A stretch of DNA of 64,000 nucleotides from Isurus oxyrinchus (GCA_026770705.1 JANJGN010000150.1:930001-994000), one strand, 5' to 3'; positions 22,647 through 35,634 are shown, numbered from the stretch's first letter. A program made the numbers and translations. Notes: generated from the sequence alone by a model not told the origin.

Positions 22647-24159
22647 CTGGGGAGAGAAATCTCAATATTTAACTCTGGATGGTTTGTGGATCCACTGAAC
22701 CCGATATTTACAGATGAGGCTGAATTGGGGGGATGGTCAATACTGAGGAGGACTGCAACAAATTACAGGAAGATATACATTCTGATGAAGAATCATACGG
22801 ACTTGAAACGTTAACTCTGTCTTCCTCTCCACAGATACTGTCAGACCTGCTGAGATTTTCCAGCAATTTTTGTTTTTGTTACAGATTTCCAGCATCTGGA
22901 GAATTTTGCCTTTATATTACAGGAAGATATTAATTAACTTGCAGAATGGGCAGGTCATTGACAAATGAATTTCTACGTTAATAAATGTGAGGCATTACAT
23001 TTTGTTCAGGAGAATGAGGAGCTTGTATCTTACCTCGAAAATAAGAATCTAATTGGGAAAGAGGAACAACGTGATCTGGGGCAGAAATACAGGAATCAGT
23101 AAACGTGGGGACACAGGTTAACAAGGGGATTAAACATACATACTAAAGACTCGAGATTATTTCTCCAGGGATTGAATTGAAAAGTAGAGAAGAGATGTGA
23201 AACTTGTCCTGAACCTTGGTCTGACTGCACCTGGAGTCACGTGTGCAGTTCTGGTCCCCATATTGTAAAAAGGATGTGGAGACACTGGAGAGGGTGGTAA
23301 AAAGCTTCACAAGGATGATCTCAGCAATGTGAGGCTTTACCTATCAGGAGAGGATGAACAGGCTGGGACTCTGTTCTCTTGAACAGAGAAGGTTGAGGGG
23401 TGGCCTCATTTGACCTTTGAAGTAATGAAAGGTTTTGATCGAGTAGACATGGAGAGAGTGTTTCCACTCCTCACAATGAAGAAAACCAGAGGCTGACAAT
23501 ATAACATCCTCACTAATAAATCCAATGGGGAATTCAGGAGAAACTTCTTTACCCAGAGAGTGGGGAGAATGTGTGGTTCAAGAATCACTTCATTGGCTGT
23601 GAAATTGATTTAGGATCGTCCTGAGGTGGTGAAAGGCGCTATGGAAATGTGAGACTTGCTTTTGTATTTTGAAAGCAGGTTTCCAAGGATGAGATGGGAA
23701 CTGAGAGGTAACAACAATCAGCAGCAACTTTCCTATTTTCAAACTTGGTGGGGAATGTGTCACTGAGCTGAATACACTTTCACTCCCAGACCCTTGAATT
23801 GCCAGCACTGGGGTGTGGGTGATGGAGCAGCCCACAGCTCATGGAACCCTGGCTCATCATTCTCTCAGAGATCTGGGTCACTGATCCCATTGCTCTCTGT
23901 GGGAGCTTCCTGTGAACAAACTCACTGCCACGTTAGACAGTGATATTGATGTACACTGTCAACACATTTAATCATTCATGTTAAAGTGAGTATTAGAGGT
24001 TGCTTTAGGACTGAATGGGAGCTATCACCAGGTTATTGAGAATCAGACAGTGTGTTATAATAAGCTGTGTTTTGTGTTAATATGTAAACGTCACAGTTTG
24101 TGTTATTTCCCATTGAGTGTTGAATGTGAATTGTTGAGTAATTATAACACAGCACTTAC

Positions 24160-24528
24160 CAGAAACGTGAAGCTGGGTTACAGGGTAATAATTATAGCTT
24201 GGACCATTGTCAAATTCTATTCTGAAAAAATAAGGTCCTGCATCTTCCCGTCTGATGTTGTTTATAATCAGGGAACAGTTGCCATCTTTCAGGTCTCCAG
24301 ACAGCCGGGTCCGATTGTGGAACCGTGGTAACTCGTGACTGTGATCCTTGGAGTGAAAGGCAATGGGAGCCCAGGGAATCTGTTTCTCATTATTAAACCA
24401 GACTCCACCTCGCGGTTGGTTTTCCAGACACGATGGATAACTGTAATGACATGGAATCTGTACACACGAACCTTCCTGCACTGTCACCTCTCGTGGAGTG
24501 TCACCTTTCCACTCTTGTGAGGGTTCAT
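24160..24528 (-). CDS. Gene B: internal V-set exon V3 (DEPSQEW...)
   Basis: 369 nt, open, intact splice sites. Confidence 0.85.
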
Positions 24529-26196
24529 CTGGGGAGAGAAATCTCAATATTTAACACTGGATGGTTTGTGGATGCATTATCTATCCAATATTTACAGATG
24601 TTGCTGAATTGGGGGATGGTCAATACTGAGGAGGACGTCAACAAATTACAGGAAGATATACATTCTGATGAAGAGTCATACAGATTCGAAACGTTAACTC
24701 TGTCTTCCGCTCCACAGATATTGTCAGACCTGCTGAGTTTTTGCAGAATTTTTTGTTTTTGTTACAGATTTCCAGCATCTGCAGTATTTTGCTTTTACAT
24801 TACTGGAAGATATTAATAAACTTGCAGAATGGGCAGGTCATTGACAAATGAATTTCTACGTTAATAAATTTGAGGCATTACATTTTGTTCAGGAGAATGA
24901 GCAGCTTGTATCTTACCTCGAAAATAAGAATCTAATTGGGGTAGAGGAACAACATGATCTGGGGCAGACATACAGGAATCAGTAAACGTGGGGACACAGG
25001 TTAACAAGGGGATTAAACATACAAACTAAACACTCGAGATTATTTCTCCAGGGATTGAATTGAAAAGTAGAGAAGAGATGTGAAACTTGTCCTGAACCTT
25101 GGTCTGACTGCACCTGGAGTTACGTGTGCAGTTCCAGTCCCCATATTGTAAAAAGGATGTGGAGACACTGGAGAGGGTGGTAAAAAGCTTCACAAGGATG
25201 AGCTCAGCAATGTGAGGCTTTACCTATCAGGAGAGGATGAACAGGCTGGGACTCTGTTCTCGTGAACAGAGAAGGTTGAGGGGGTGACCTCATTTGACCT
25301 TTGAACTAATTAAAGGTTTTGATCGAGTAGACATGGAGAGAGTGTTTCCACTCCTCACAATGAACAAAACCAGAGGCTGACAATATAACATCCTCACAAA
25401 TAAATCCAATGGGGAATTCAGGAGAAACTTCTTTACACAGAGAGTGGGGAGAATGTGTACTTTAAGAATTACTTCATTGGTTGTGAATTGATTTAGGATC
25501 GTCCTGAGGTGGTGAAAGGCGCTATGGAAATGCGAGACTTGCTTTTGTATTTTGAAAGCAGGTTTCCAAGGATGAGATGGGAACTGAGAGGTTACAACAA
25601 TCAGCAGCAACTTTCCTATTTTCAAACTTGGTGGGGAATGTGTCACTGAGCTCAATACACTTTCACTCCCAGACCCTTGAATTGACAACACCGGGGTGTG
25701 GGTGATGGAGCAGTCCACAGCTCATGGAACCCTGGCTCATCATTCTCTCAGAGATCTGAGTCACTGATCCCATTGCTCTCTATGGGATCTTCCTGTGCAC
25801 AAACTCACTGCCACGTTAGACAGTGACTATACTTCAAGAATTTCTTCATTGTCTGTGAAGTGAATTGTCATGTGCTGAGGTGGTGAAAGTCGCTACAGAA
25901 ATGCAAGTCTTTACTGTGTCGATTTGCCAGACTTTTAAATGGGGATTAGAGAAATCGATGGGTGTGGATAACCTGATAACATTGATGGACACAGTCAACA
26001 CATTTTATCATTCATGTTAAAGTGAATATTAGAGGTTGCTTTCGGACTGAGCTGGAAGCTACCACCAGGTTATTGAGAATCAGACAGTGTGTTATAATAA
26101 GCTGTGTTTTGTGTTAATATGTAAATGTCACAGTTTGTGTTATTTCCCATTGAGTGCTGAATGTGAATTGTTGAGTAATTATAACACAGCACTTAC

Positions 26197-26565
26197 CAGA
26201 AACGTGAAGCTGGGTTACAGGGTAATAGTTATGGCTCGGACCATTGTCAAATTCTATTCTGAAAAAATAAGGTCCTGCATCTTCCCGTCTGATGTTGTTT
26301 ATAATCAGGGAACAGTCGCCATCTTTCAAGTCTCCAGACAGCCGGGTCCGATGGTGGAACCGTGGTAACTCGTGACTGTGATCCTTGGAGTGAAAGGCAA
26401 TGGGAGCCCAGGGAATCTGTTTCTCATTATTAAACCAGACTCCACCTCGCGGTTGGTTTTCCAGACACGATGGATAACTGTAATGACATGGAATCTGTAC
26501 ACACGAACCTTCCTGCACTGTCACCTCTTGTGGAGTGTCACCTTTCCACTCTTGTGAGGGTTCAG
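26197..26565 (-). CDS. Gene B: internal V-set exon V4 (AEPSQEW...)
   Basis: 369 nt, open, intact splice sites. Confidence 0.85.
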
Positions 26566-28077
26566 CTGGGGAGAGAAATCTCAATATTGAACTCTGGATG
26601 GTTTGTGGATCCACTGAACCCGATATTTACAGATGTTGCTGAATTGGGGGATGGTCAATACTGAGGAGGACTGCAACAAATTACAGGAAGATATACATTC
26701 TGATGAAGAGTCATACAGACTCGAAATGTTTACTCTGTCTTCCTCTCCACAGATGCTGTCAGACCTGCTGAGATTTTCCTGCAATTTTTCTTTTTGTTAC
26801 AGATTTCCAGCATCTGCAGTATTTTGCTTTTACATTACAGGAAGATATTAATAAACTTGCAGAATGGGCAGGTCATTGACAAAGGAATTTCTACGTTAAT
26901 AAATTTGAGGCATTACATTTTGTTCAGGAGAATGGGGAGCTTGTATCTTACCTAGAAAATAAGAATCTAATTGGGAAAGAGGAACAACGTGATCTGGGGC
27001 AGAAATACAGGAATCAGTAAACGTGGGGACACAGGTTAACAAGGGGATTAAACATACAAACTAAACACTCGAGATTATTTCTCCAGGGATTGAATTGAAA
27101 AGTAGAGAAGTGATGTGAAACTTGTCCTGATCCTTGGTCTGACTGCACCTGGAGTCACGTGTGCCGTTCTGGTCCCCATATTGTAAAAAGGATGTGGAGA
27201 CACTGGAGAGGGTGGTAAAAAGCTTCACAAGGATGATCTCCGCAATGTGAGGCTTTACCTATCAGGAGAGGATGAACAGGCTGGGACTCTGTTCTCGTGA
27301 ACAGAGAAGGTTGAGGGGGTGACCTCATTTGACCTTTGAAGTAATGAAAGGTTTTGATCGAGTAGACATGGAGAGAGTGTTTCCACTCCTCACAATGAAC
27401 AAAACCAGAGGCTGACAATATAACATCCTCACTAATAAATCCAAAGTGGAATTCAGGAGAAACTTCTTTACCCAGAGAGTGGGGAGAATGTGTACTTTAA
27501 GAATTACTTCATTGGTTGTGAATTGATTTAGGATCGTCCTGAGGTGGTGAAAGGCGCTATGGAAATGCGAGACTTGCTTTTGTATTTTGAAAGCAGGTTT
27601 CCAAGGATGAGATGGGAACTGAGAGGTAACAACAATCAGCAGCAACTTTCCTATTTTCAAACTTGGTGGGGAATGTGTCACTGAGCTGAATACACTTTCA
27701 CTCCCAGACCCTTGAATTGCCAACACCGGGGTGTGGGTGATGGAGCAGTCCACAGCTCATGGAACCCTGGCTCATCATTCTCTCAGAGATCTGAGTCACT
27801 GATCCCATTGGTCTCTGTGGGAGCTTCCTGTGCACAAACTCACTGCCACGTTAGACAGTGATATTGATGGACACTGTCAACACATTTAATCATTCATGTT
27901 AAAGTGAGTATTAGAGGTTGCTTTAGGACTGAATGGGAGCTATCACCAGGTTATTGAGATTCAGACGGTGTGTTATAATAAGCTGTGTTTTGTGTTAATA
28001 TGTAAACGTCACAGTTTGTGTTATTTCCCATTGAGTGTTGAATGTGAATTGTTGAGTAATTATAACACAGCACTTAC

Positions 28078-28446
28078 CAGAAACGTGAAGCTGGGTTACA
28101 GGGTAATAGTTATAGCTCAGACCATTGTCAAATTCTATTCTGAAAAAATAAGGTCCTGCATCTTCCCGTCTGATGTTGTTTATAATCAGGGAACAGTCGC
28201 CATCTTTCAGGTCTCCAGACAGCCGGGTCCGATTGTGGAACCGTGGTAACTCGTGACTGTGGTTCTTGGAGTGAAAGGCAATGGGAGCCCAGGGAATCTG
28301 TTTCTCATTATTAAACCAGACTCCACCTCGCGGTTGGTTTTCCAGACACGATGGATAACTGTAATGACATGGAATCTGTACACACGAACCTTCCTGCGCT
28401 GTCACCTCTCGTGGAGTGTCACCTTTCCACTCTTGTGAGGGTTCAT
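28078..28446 (-). CDS. Gene B: internal V-set exon V5 (DEPSQEW...)
   Basis: 369 nt, open, intact splice sites. Confidence 0.85.
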
Positions 28447-30114
28447 CTGGGGAGAGAAATCTCAATATTTAACACTGGATGGTTTGTGGATGCTTTATCT
28501 ATCCAATATTTACAGATGTTGCTGAATTGGGGGATGGTCAATACTGAGGAGGACTGCCACAAATTACAGGAAGATATGCATTCTGATGAAGAGTCATACA
28601 GACTCGAAACATTTACTCTGTCTTCCTCTCCACAGATGCTGTCAGACCTGCGGAGTTTTTGCAGAATTTTTTGTTTTTGTTACAGATTTACAGCATCTGC
28701 AGTATTTTGCTTTTACATTACAGGAAGATATTAATAAACTTGCAGAATGGGCAGGTCATTGACAAATGAATTTCTACGTTAATAAATTTGAGGCATTACA
28801 TTTTGTTCAGGAGAATGAGGAGCTTGTATCTTACCTAGAAAATAAGAATCTAATTGGGGGAGAGGAACAACGTGATCTGGGGCAGAAACACAGGAATCAC
28901 TAACCGTGGGGACACAGGTTAACAAGGGGATTAAACATACAAACTAAACACTCGAGATTATTTCTCCAGGGATTGAATTGAAAAGTAGAGAAGAGATGTG
29001 AAACTTGTCCTGATCCTCGGTCTGACTGCACCTGGAGTCACGTGTGCAGTTCTGGTCCCCATATTGTAAAAAGGATATAGAGACACTGGAGAGGGTGGTA
29101 AAAAGCTTCACAAGGATGATCTCCGCAATGTGAGGCTTTACCTATCAGGAGAGGATGAACAGGCTGGGTCTCTGTTCTCTTGAACAGAGAAGGTTGAGGG
29201 GGTGACCTCATTTGACCTTTGAAGTAATTAAAGGTTTTGATCGAGTAGACATGGAGAGAGTGTTTCCACTCATCACAATGAACAAAACCAGAGGCTGACA
29301 ATATAACATCCTCACAAATAAATCCAAAGTGGAATTCAGGAGAAACTTCTTTACCCAGAGAGTGGGGAGAATGTGTACTTTAAGAATTACTTCATTGGTT
29401 GTGAATTGATTTAGGATCGTCCTGAGGTGGTGAAAGGCGCTATGGAAATGTGAGACTTGCTTTTGTGTTTTGAAAGCAGGTTTCCAAGGATGAGATGGGA
29501 ACTGAGAGGTAACAACAATCAGCAGCAACTTTCCTATTTTCAAACTTGGTGGGGAATGTGTCACTGAGCTGAATACACTTTCACTCCCAGAACCTTGAAT
29601 TGCCAACACTGGGGTGTGGGTGATGGAGCAGCCCACAGCTCATGGAACCCTGGCTCATCATTCTCTCAGAGATCTGAGTCACTGATCCCATTGCTCTCTA
29701 TGGGATCTTCCTGTGCACAAACTCACTGCCACGTTAGACAGTGACTATACTTCAAGAATTTCTTCATTGTCTGTGAAGTGAATTGTCATGTGCTGAGGTG
29801 GTGAAACTTGCTACAGAAATGCAAGTCTTTACTATGTCGATTTGCCAGACTTTTAAATGGGGATTAGAGAAATCGATGGGAGTGGATAACCTGATAACAT
29901 TGATGGACACAGTCAACACATTTTATCATTCATGTTAAAGTGAATATTAGAGGTTGCTTTCGGACTGAGCTGGAAGCTACCACCAGGTTATTGAGAATCA
30001 GACAGTGTGTTATAATAAGCTGTGTTTTGTGTTAATATGTAAACGTCACAGTTTGTGTTATTTCCCATTGAGTGCTGAATGTGAATTGTTGAGTAATTAT
30101 AACACAGCACTTAC

Positions 30115-30482
30115 CAGAAACGTGAAGCTGGGTTACAGGGTAATAGTTATGTCTCGGACCATTGTCAAATTCTATTCTGAAAAAATAAGGTCCTTCATCG
30201 TCCCGTCTGATGTTGTTTATAATCAGGGAACAGTCGCCATCTTTCAGGTCTCCAGACAGCCGGGTCCGATGGTGGAACCGTGGTAACTCGTGACTGTGAT
30301 CCTAGGAGTGAAAGGCAATGGGAGCCCAGGGAATCTGTTCCTCATTATTAAACCAGACTCCACCTCGCGGTTGGTTTTCCAGACACGATTGATAACTGTA
30401 ATGACATGGAATCTGTACACACGAACCTTCCTGCGCTGTTACCTCTCGTGGAGTGTCACCTTTCCACTCTTGTGAGGTTCAG
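30115..30482 (-). pseudogene. Gene B: dead V-set exon V6
   Basis: 368 nt (1-nt deletion near the 5' end, GAGGTTC vs GAGGGTTC on +) and AAG>TAG nonsense at ~30303; splice sites intact. Confidence 0.82.
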
Positions 30483-31162
30483 CTGGGGAGAGAAATCTCA
30501 ATATTTCCCTCTAGATGGTTTGTGGATCCACTGGACCCGATATTTACAGATGAGGCTCAATTGGGGGATGGTCAATACTGAGGAGGACTGCAACAAATTA
30601 CAGGAAGATATGCATTCTGATGAAGAATCATACGGACTCGAAACATTAACTCTGTCTTCCTCTCCACAGATGCTGTCAGACCTGCTGTGTTTTTCCTGCA
30701 ATTTTTCTTTTTGTTACAGATTTCCAGCATCTGGAGAATTTTGCCTTTATATTACAGGAAGGTATTAATAAACTTGCAGAATGGGCAGGTCATTGACAAA
30801 TGAATTTCTACGTTAATAAATGTGAGGCATTACATTTTGTTCAGGAAAATGAGAAGCTTGTATCTTACCTCGAAAATAAGAATCTAATTGGGGTAGAGGG
30901 ACAACGTGATCTGGGGCAGAAACACAGGAATCACTAACCGTGGGGACACAGGTTAACAAGGGGATTAAACATACAAACTAAACACTCGAGATTATTTCTC
31001 CAGGGATTGAATTGAAAAGTAGAGAAGTGATGTGAAACTTGTCCTGATCCTCGGTCTGTCTGCACCTGGAATCACGTGTGCAGTTCCGGTCCCCATATTA
31101 TATAAAGAATATAGAGACACTGGAGAGGGTGGTAAAAAGCTTCACAAGGATGATCTCAGCAA

Positions 31163-32180
31163 TGTGGTAGTGTACCCATTAGTAGGAAAACATAATAATT
31201 TTCATAGTGGTAATTTAATTTATTGTAAGCTAGGAATAGAGGGGTCTTGATANNNNNNNNNNNNNNNNNNNNNNNNNNNNNNNNNNNNNNNNNNNNNNNN
31301 NNNNNNNNNNNNNNNNNNNNNNNNNNNNNNNNNNNNNNNNNNNNNNNNNNNNNNNNNNNNNNNNNNNNNNNNNNNNNNNNNNNNNNNNNNNNNNNNNNNN
31401 NNNNNNAAATATGGCTGGGCTGAACGTTTTGAAGTCTCAGAAAAGAAGCTAAATTTGAAATGTTTAATAGGTAAACATAGCCAGAGTTTTAGAATGGGAG
31501 GTGCGAAAGGAGAATTTGCAATTTCTACATAGTCCTGAATTTCAATGAGGTGCTTAAATGTTACACCTAGTGAAGAGAGGCTAAGGCAAACAGCGTTTTT
31601 ATTATTCACAATTTTACTGAGAAACTTGGTACCATGAAAGATTTCTATTATTGGAAATGTAAAGTCCAATGACATATTGGAACAATGGGGTTTACATTCA
31701 GAAAGGGAGAAACATCTCTAAATGAGATTAGGTTATGTGTAAGGGAAGGCATTGAAAGATCTACAAGTGTGAAATGCCTCTGTGCCCCTAATTGCTGTCT
31801 GCAAGAACTGAAGGAAAGAAAATTCACTTTGAATTTAACTGTTCAGGGTATTGTGTTACTTCCTCTGAGGCTTTTTAAATCTGCTTGTTTTACTGTTGCT
31901 TTACCAGAGGAGTAACTGGGAGTCAGATTAATTAGGGAAGCTAAGAATTAGCATAGCAGTAATTTGTAGAACTGTGTATGTGTTTAAAATTATTTCTTTT
32001 ACTAATAAATGCTGAATTTAGTTTTGCCAAAACCCTCTCGACCTGGTGGACTCATTACTACTGAATTCAAGGGAAACAACTCAACATAAAAATACAACTT
32101 GCAAAACAGTTGTGGCAGCTGTTCCAAGTTTACTTTGGGATTTGAGCAGCTCAGCTTTTACCGTCTGCTGTGCCATAACA
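31163..32180. mobile_element. Solo-LTR-like element containing an assembly gap (N 31253-31406)
   Basis: TGTGG...CCATAACA; splits the CR1 fragment of the last array unit. Confidence 0.5.
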
Positions 32181-33386
32181 CTATCAGGAGAGGAAGGACA
32201 GTCCGGGCCTGGTTTTCTCGTGAACAGAATAGATTGAAGAGGTGACCTTGGGGAGGTGGCTACGATTCTGAAATATGCTGACAGAGTCGACGCACAGAGA
32301 GAAAGTTTCCCCAGGTGGAGAGGAGGAAAAGCAGAGGCAGAAATTACCCCCCTCGGGGTGGGGGAGGTGGGGGGGGGTGTTGCCTGTGCAGGGTTGGCAG
32401 GGGTGGGCGTGAACCCGATTGGTGCCCCCGATCGAGGCTGTGCCGCCATTTGACGTGGGCCGGACAGTTCGGGCCCGCCCAGCGTGACGGGTGCCCGGGA
32501 GCGTGGGCGGGGGAGGGGAGGGGAGGGGGATTCCCTGAGGTGCCTCAGGGAGATGAGCTTCAGGTTTAAGACACGTCCCCTCATGTGACAGTGCCTCATG
32601 AGCTGGGACATGCTCATCAGTTTTGATGGAACAATTTTGTGTCATGAAGGAAAACTTCAGGAAAGCTCCTCCGGCCTGCGGATGAGGCTCCATGAAAACT
32701 ACAAAGGATGCCTGAAGGTGAGACGAGCAGCCCTGATCCTTGTTTAAATGACTATTTCAATGTCCTTCACGGGCCTTGGACAATTGGGCGTGCGGGCTGC
32801 GACCCCCGCTGAACTGACATTCGAAATGATGCGCAGGGACGTTGGGACATCCGCCCGACATCATTTCACTGTACGCGAGCAGACCCCACCCACACTCACC
32901 GAGACAAGAATTCCACCCCCCCCTCCCTCCCCCCCGCCAACCCAGCAGGGACCAGCAAGGTATGAAATCCCAGCGGGAATTCAGGAGGAATTCCTTTCCC
33001 CAGGGCTGGGGAGAATGTGCAATTCAGCAATTATCTCATTGTCTGTGGAGTGATTTGGTGCATGCTTGAGGTGGTGAAAGGCGCTATAGGAATGCAAGTC
33101 TTTCGTTTGTTGATTTGTCAGACTTTTAAAAAGCATTAGGTAGACTGATGGGAGTGGATAACCTGATAACATTGATGGACACAGTCAATACATTTAATCA
33201 TTGATATTAAAGTGACTGTTAGCGGTTGCTTTAGGACTGAACTGGAAGCTATCACCAGGTTATTGAGAATCAGACAGTGTGTTATAATAAGCTGTGTTTT
33301 GTGTTAATATGTAAACGTCACAGATTGTGTTATTTCCCATTGAGTGTTGAATGTGAATTGTTGAGTAATTATAACACAGCACTTAC

Positions 33387-33752
33387 CAGAAACGTGAAGC
33401 TGGGTTACAGGGTAATAGTTATGTCTCGGACCATTGTCAAATTCTATTCTGAAATAATAAGGTCCTGCATCTTCCCGTCTGATGTTGTTTATAATCAGGG
33501 AACAGTCGCCATCTTTCAGGTCTCCAGACAGCCGGGTCCGATGGCGGAACCGTGGTAACTCGTGACTGTGATCCTTGGAGTGAAAGGCTATAGACGATGT
33601 TCTCCATTCCTCATTATTAAACCAGACTCCATCTCGTGGCTGAATTTTCAAATCTGTTGGGTAACTGTAATTAAATGGAATCTGTACACAGGAACCTTCC
33701 TGTGCTGTCACCTCTCGTGGAGTGTCGCCTTTCCACTCTTGTGACAGTCCAA
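33387..33752 (-). CDS. Gene B: leader-proximal V-set exon V7 (VGLSQEW...; B-strand Cys>Phe)
   Basis: 366 nt open; SCVQIPFNYS; YYFRIE Arg kept. Confidence 0.82.
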
Positions 33753-34834
33753 CTGGGGAGAGAAATATCAATATTTAACTCTGGATGGTTTGTAGATCCA
33801 CTAGACTTGATATCCACCCCCTCCATCACTGGGGCACAGTGGCTGCAGTGTGGACCATCTACAGGACACACAGGGATCTCCCCAAGGTTTCACAATGGAT
33901 TGAAGAGATTCCTGGACACAGGAGTGGACAAGTTCATTCTACATTGGCTCATGGTCCTCAGGACCCTGTTTACTGAAGCCAGTCTTCCACCCAACACAGT
34001 GTCTACAAGACACACAGGGAAACTATGTAAACATCTCATCTCTCTACACTGACTGGTTTGAGCTTCAGTTTAACTTTCAGTATTTTAAAATTTCCATATT
34101 GTGGTTGCTATGGTGAAACTGTGCAGGAAGTGTGAGGGCTGGACTCTCTGTCTATTCTGACTGCAGCTGTGATGTGGTCGTGGTGATTCTCAGTAAAATG
34201 AAACCCTCTGAGCTCCTCCATCCCCGAGGTTTAGGGAGTGAATTCCAGAGCTCAGGCCCCAGGCAGCTGAAGGCCCGGCCGCCAGTATTGGAGTGATGGG
34301 AATCGGGGGATGGTCAAGAGGCCGGAATTGGAGTAACACAGAAATCTGGGACGTTGGTTGGGAGAGAAGCAGGAGGTTACAGAGATAATGAGTCAGTTTG
34401 TGGCAATGGAGGCATTTCAACACAGTGCTCTGAATTTTATGTTTGTGATGTTGTAGGACCAGGAGTCAGAAAACACAGGGGTGAACGGAGAATGGGGTTT
34501 GGTGTGAGCTTGCACATTGGGTCACTGCTGAATCTGAACCCAAACAGAGCTCAGTAAGAATCTTAAGATTCTGCTCTAGCTACAACAAACTTGCCTATCT
34601 CTGTAACCTCCTCCAACCCCTACAACCCTCTGAGATCTCTGCTCTCCTCCAATTCTGCTGTCAGACAGGGAGTCAGTGTATATCAGTGAGCACAGGGGTG
34701 ATGGGTGAATGGGACTTGGTGTGAGTTTGTACACTGGCTCACTGCTGAATCAGTTCGACAGTCACAGCTTAATAAGAATGATCTTTTACAAAGACTATTA
34801 ATCATAAATCTGTCCGAGATGACGATGATATTAC

Positions 34835-34916
34835 CTTGGAGAAGTGACAGGAGGAAGTAAGATTTCCCGATCATTGTCCACTCCCAGATATTCCATCCAC
34901 TTCTCACTCACAAACT
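34835..34916 (-). CDS. Gene B: leader exon (CDS 34835-34874)
   Basis: Same 40-nt coding segment and splice sites as gene A. Confidence 0.85.
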
Positions 34917-35324
34917 CTGAAAGAGAAAGGAGTTAATGAGACCTCACCTCTTGTCCGACAGCTCTCAAAAGATCAGAACTGCTTTTAAACAATGTCTTCA
35001 CAGACTAATTTGATTCTCTGTGGGATGATAGGTGCTCTGCAGAGAGTTACAAGGCTTTAAGAAAGAAAAACAATGAAGGACTTGCATTTCTATAGCACCT
35101 TTCACCACCTCAGGACATCCCAAAGCTCATGTCCCTGCACTTCCCTCATCCCTTGAGCTAGAAAGATGTTCTGTACAACAGACTTGAGTCTCACACCCAG
35201 ATCTCAATCATCAGTAGAAATCTTTCAAAGGCATCAATCATTGGAATCTGTCTTTATAAAGTCACAACATCAACAAAGGACGGTGTTGGTCATGGAAGTG
35301 AATTCTAATCGTTCCGTTACTTAC

Positions 35325-35450
35325 CCAGGACCTGTCCGACTGCTCGCCTGGGGAGGCACTGCCCACAGGCTCTGCTTGGGCTGAATGATCCCTCTGTGTA
35401 TTTAATTAGAAAGGGTTGATGTGTCTCTGTGTGTCAAAATGAGGAAGTAG
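35325..35450 (-). promoter_or_regulatory. Gene B: non-coding exon 1/promoter (16-nt deletion relative to paralogues)
   Basis: Donor CTGG|gtaagt; GAGGAAGT kept; CCTCTTCCTGTGCTGC segment missing. Confidence 0.6.
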
Positions 35451-35634
35451 CATAGGAGTGAGTAAACAGGCAGTAGGAACGAGTGCGTAATTCCACAATG
35501 TGTTACAACAGAATCAAACTGTTGGCCAATTCATCATGACTCTGTGTTGTTTCTCTTTTGTTGTTTGCTGTTTGGTAACTTCAAATTTCTACCCTGGCTC
35601 CGAGGGTTGATATTTAAATCTGCTGTCGGAGGAT

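Larger units (their letters stand above)
22100..31165. repeat. Tandem array of ~1.9/2.0-kb units (V exon + CR1 fragment + PLE terminal fragment), dimeric 3.92-kb higher-order repeat
   Basis: V-to-V spacings 1882, 2037, 1881, 2037 nt. Confidence 0.92.

Noticed and set aside
23590-23835. Repeated ORF MGCSITHTP...KIGKLLLIVV as a private leader for array V exons
   Set aside because: No true ATG at the ORF start, no suitable donor, and no nucleotide similarity to the real leader. Recurrence is explained by the tandem duplication.
22150-33387. RAG-type V(D)J recombination of the V array
   Set aside because: I found no CACAGTG-12/23-ACAAAAACC signal 3' of the V exons. Each V is a complete domain with its own G strand and splice donor.
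14522-35450. Assigning a specific symbol (CD22, MAG, SIGLEC1, CD33)
   Set aside because: The domains resemble different Siglecs, and orthology cannot be established without a phylogeny.
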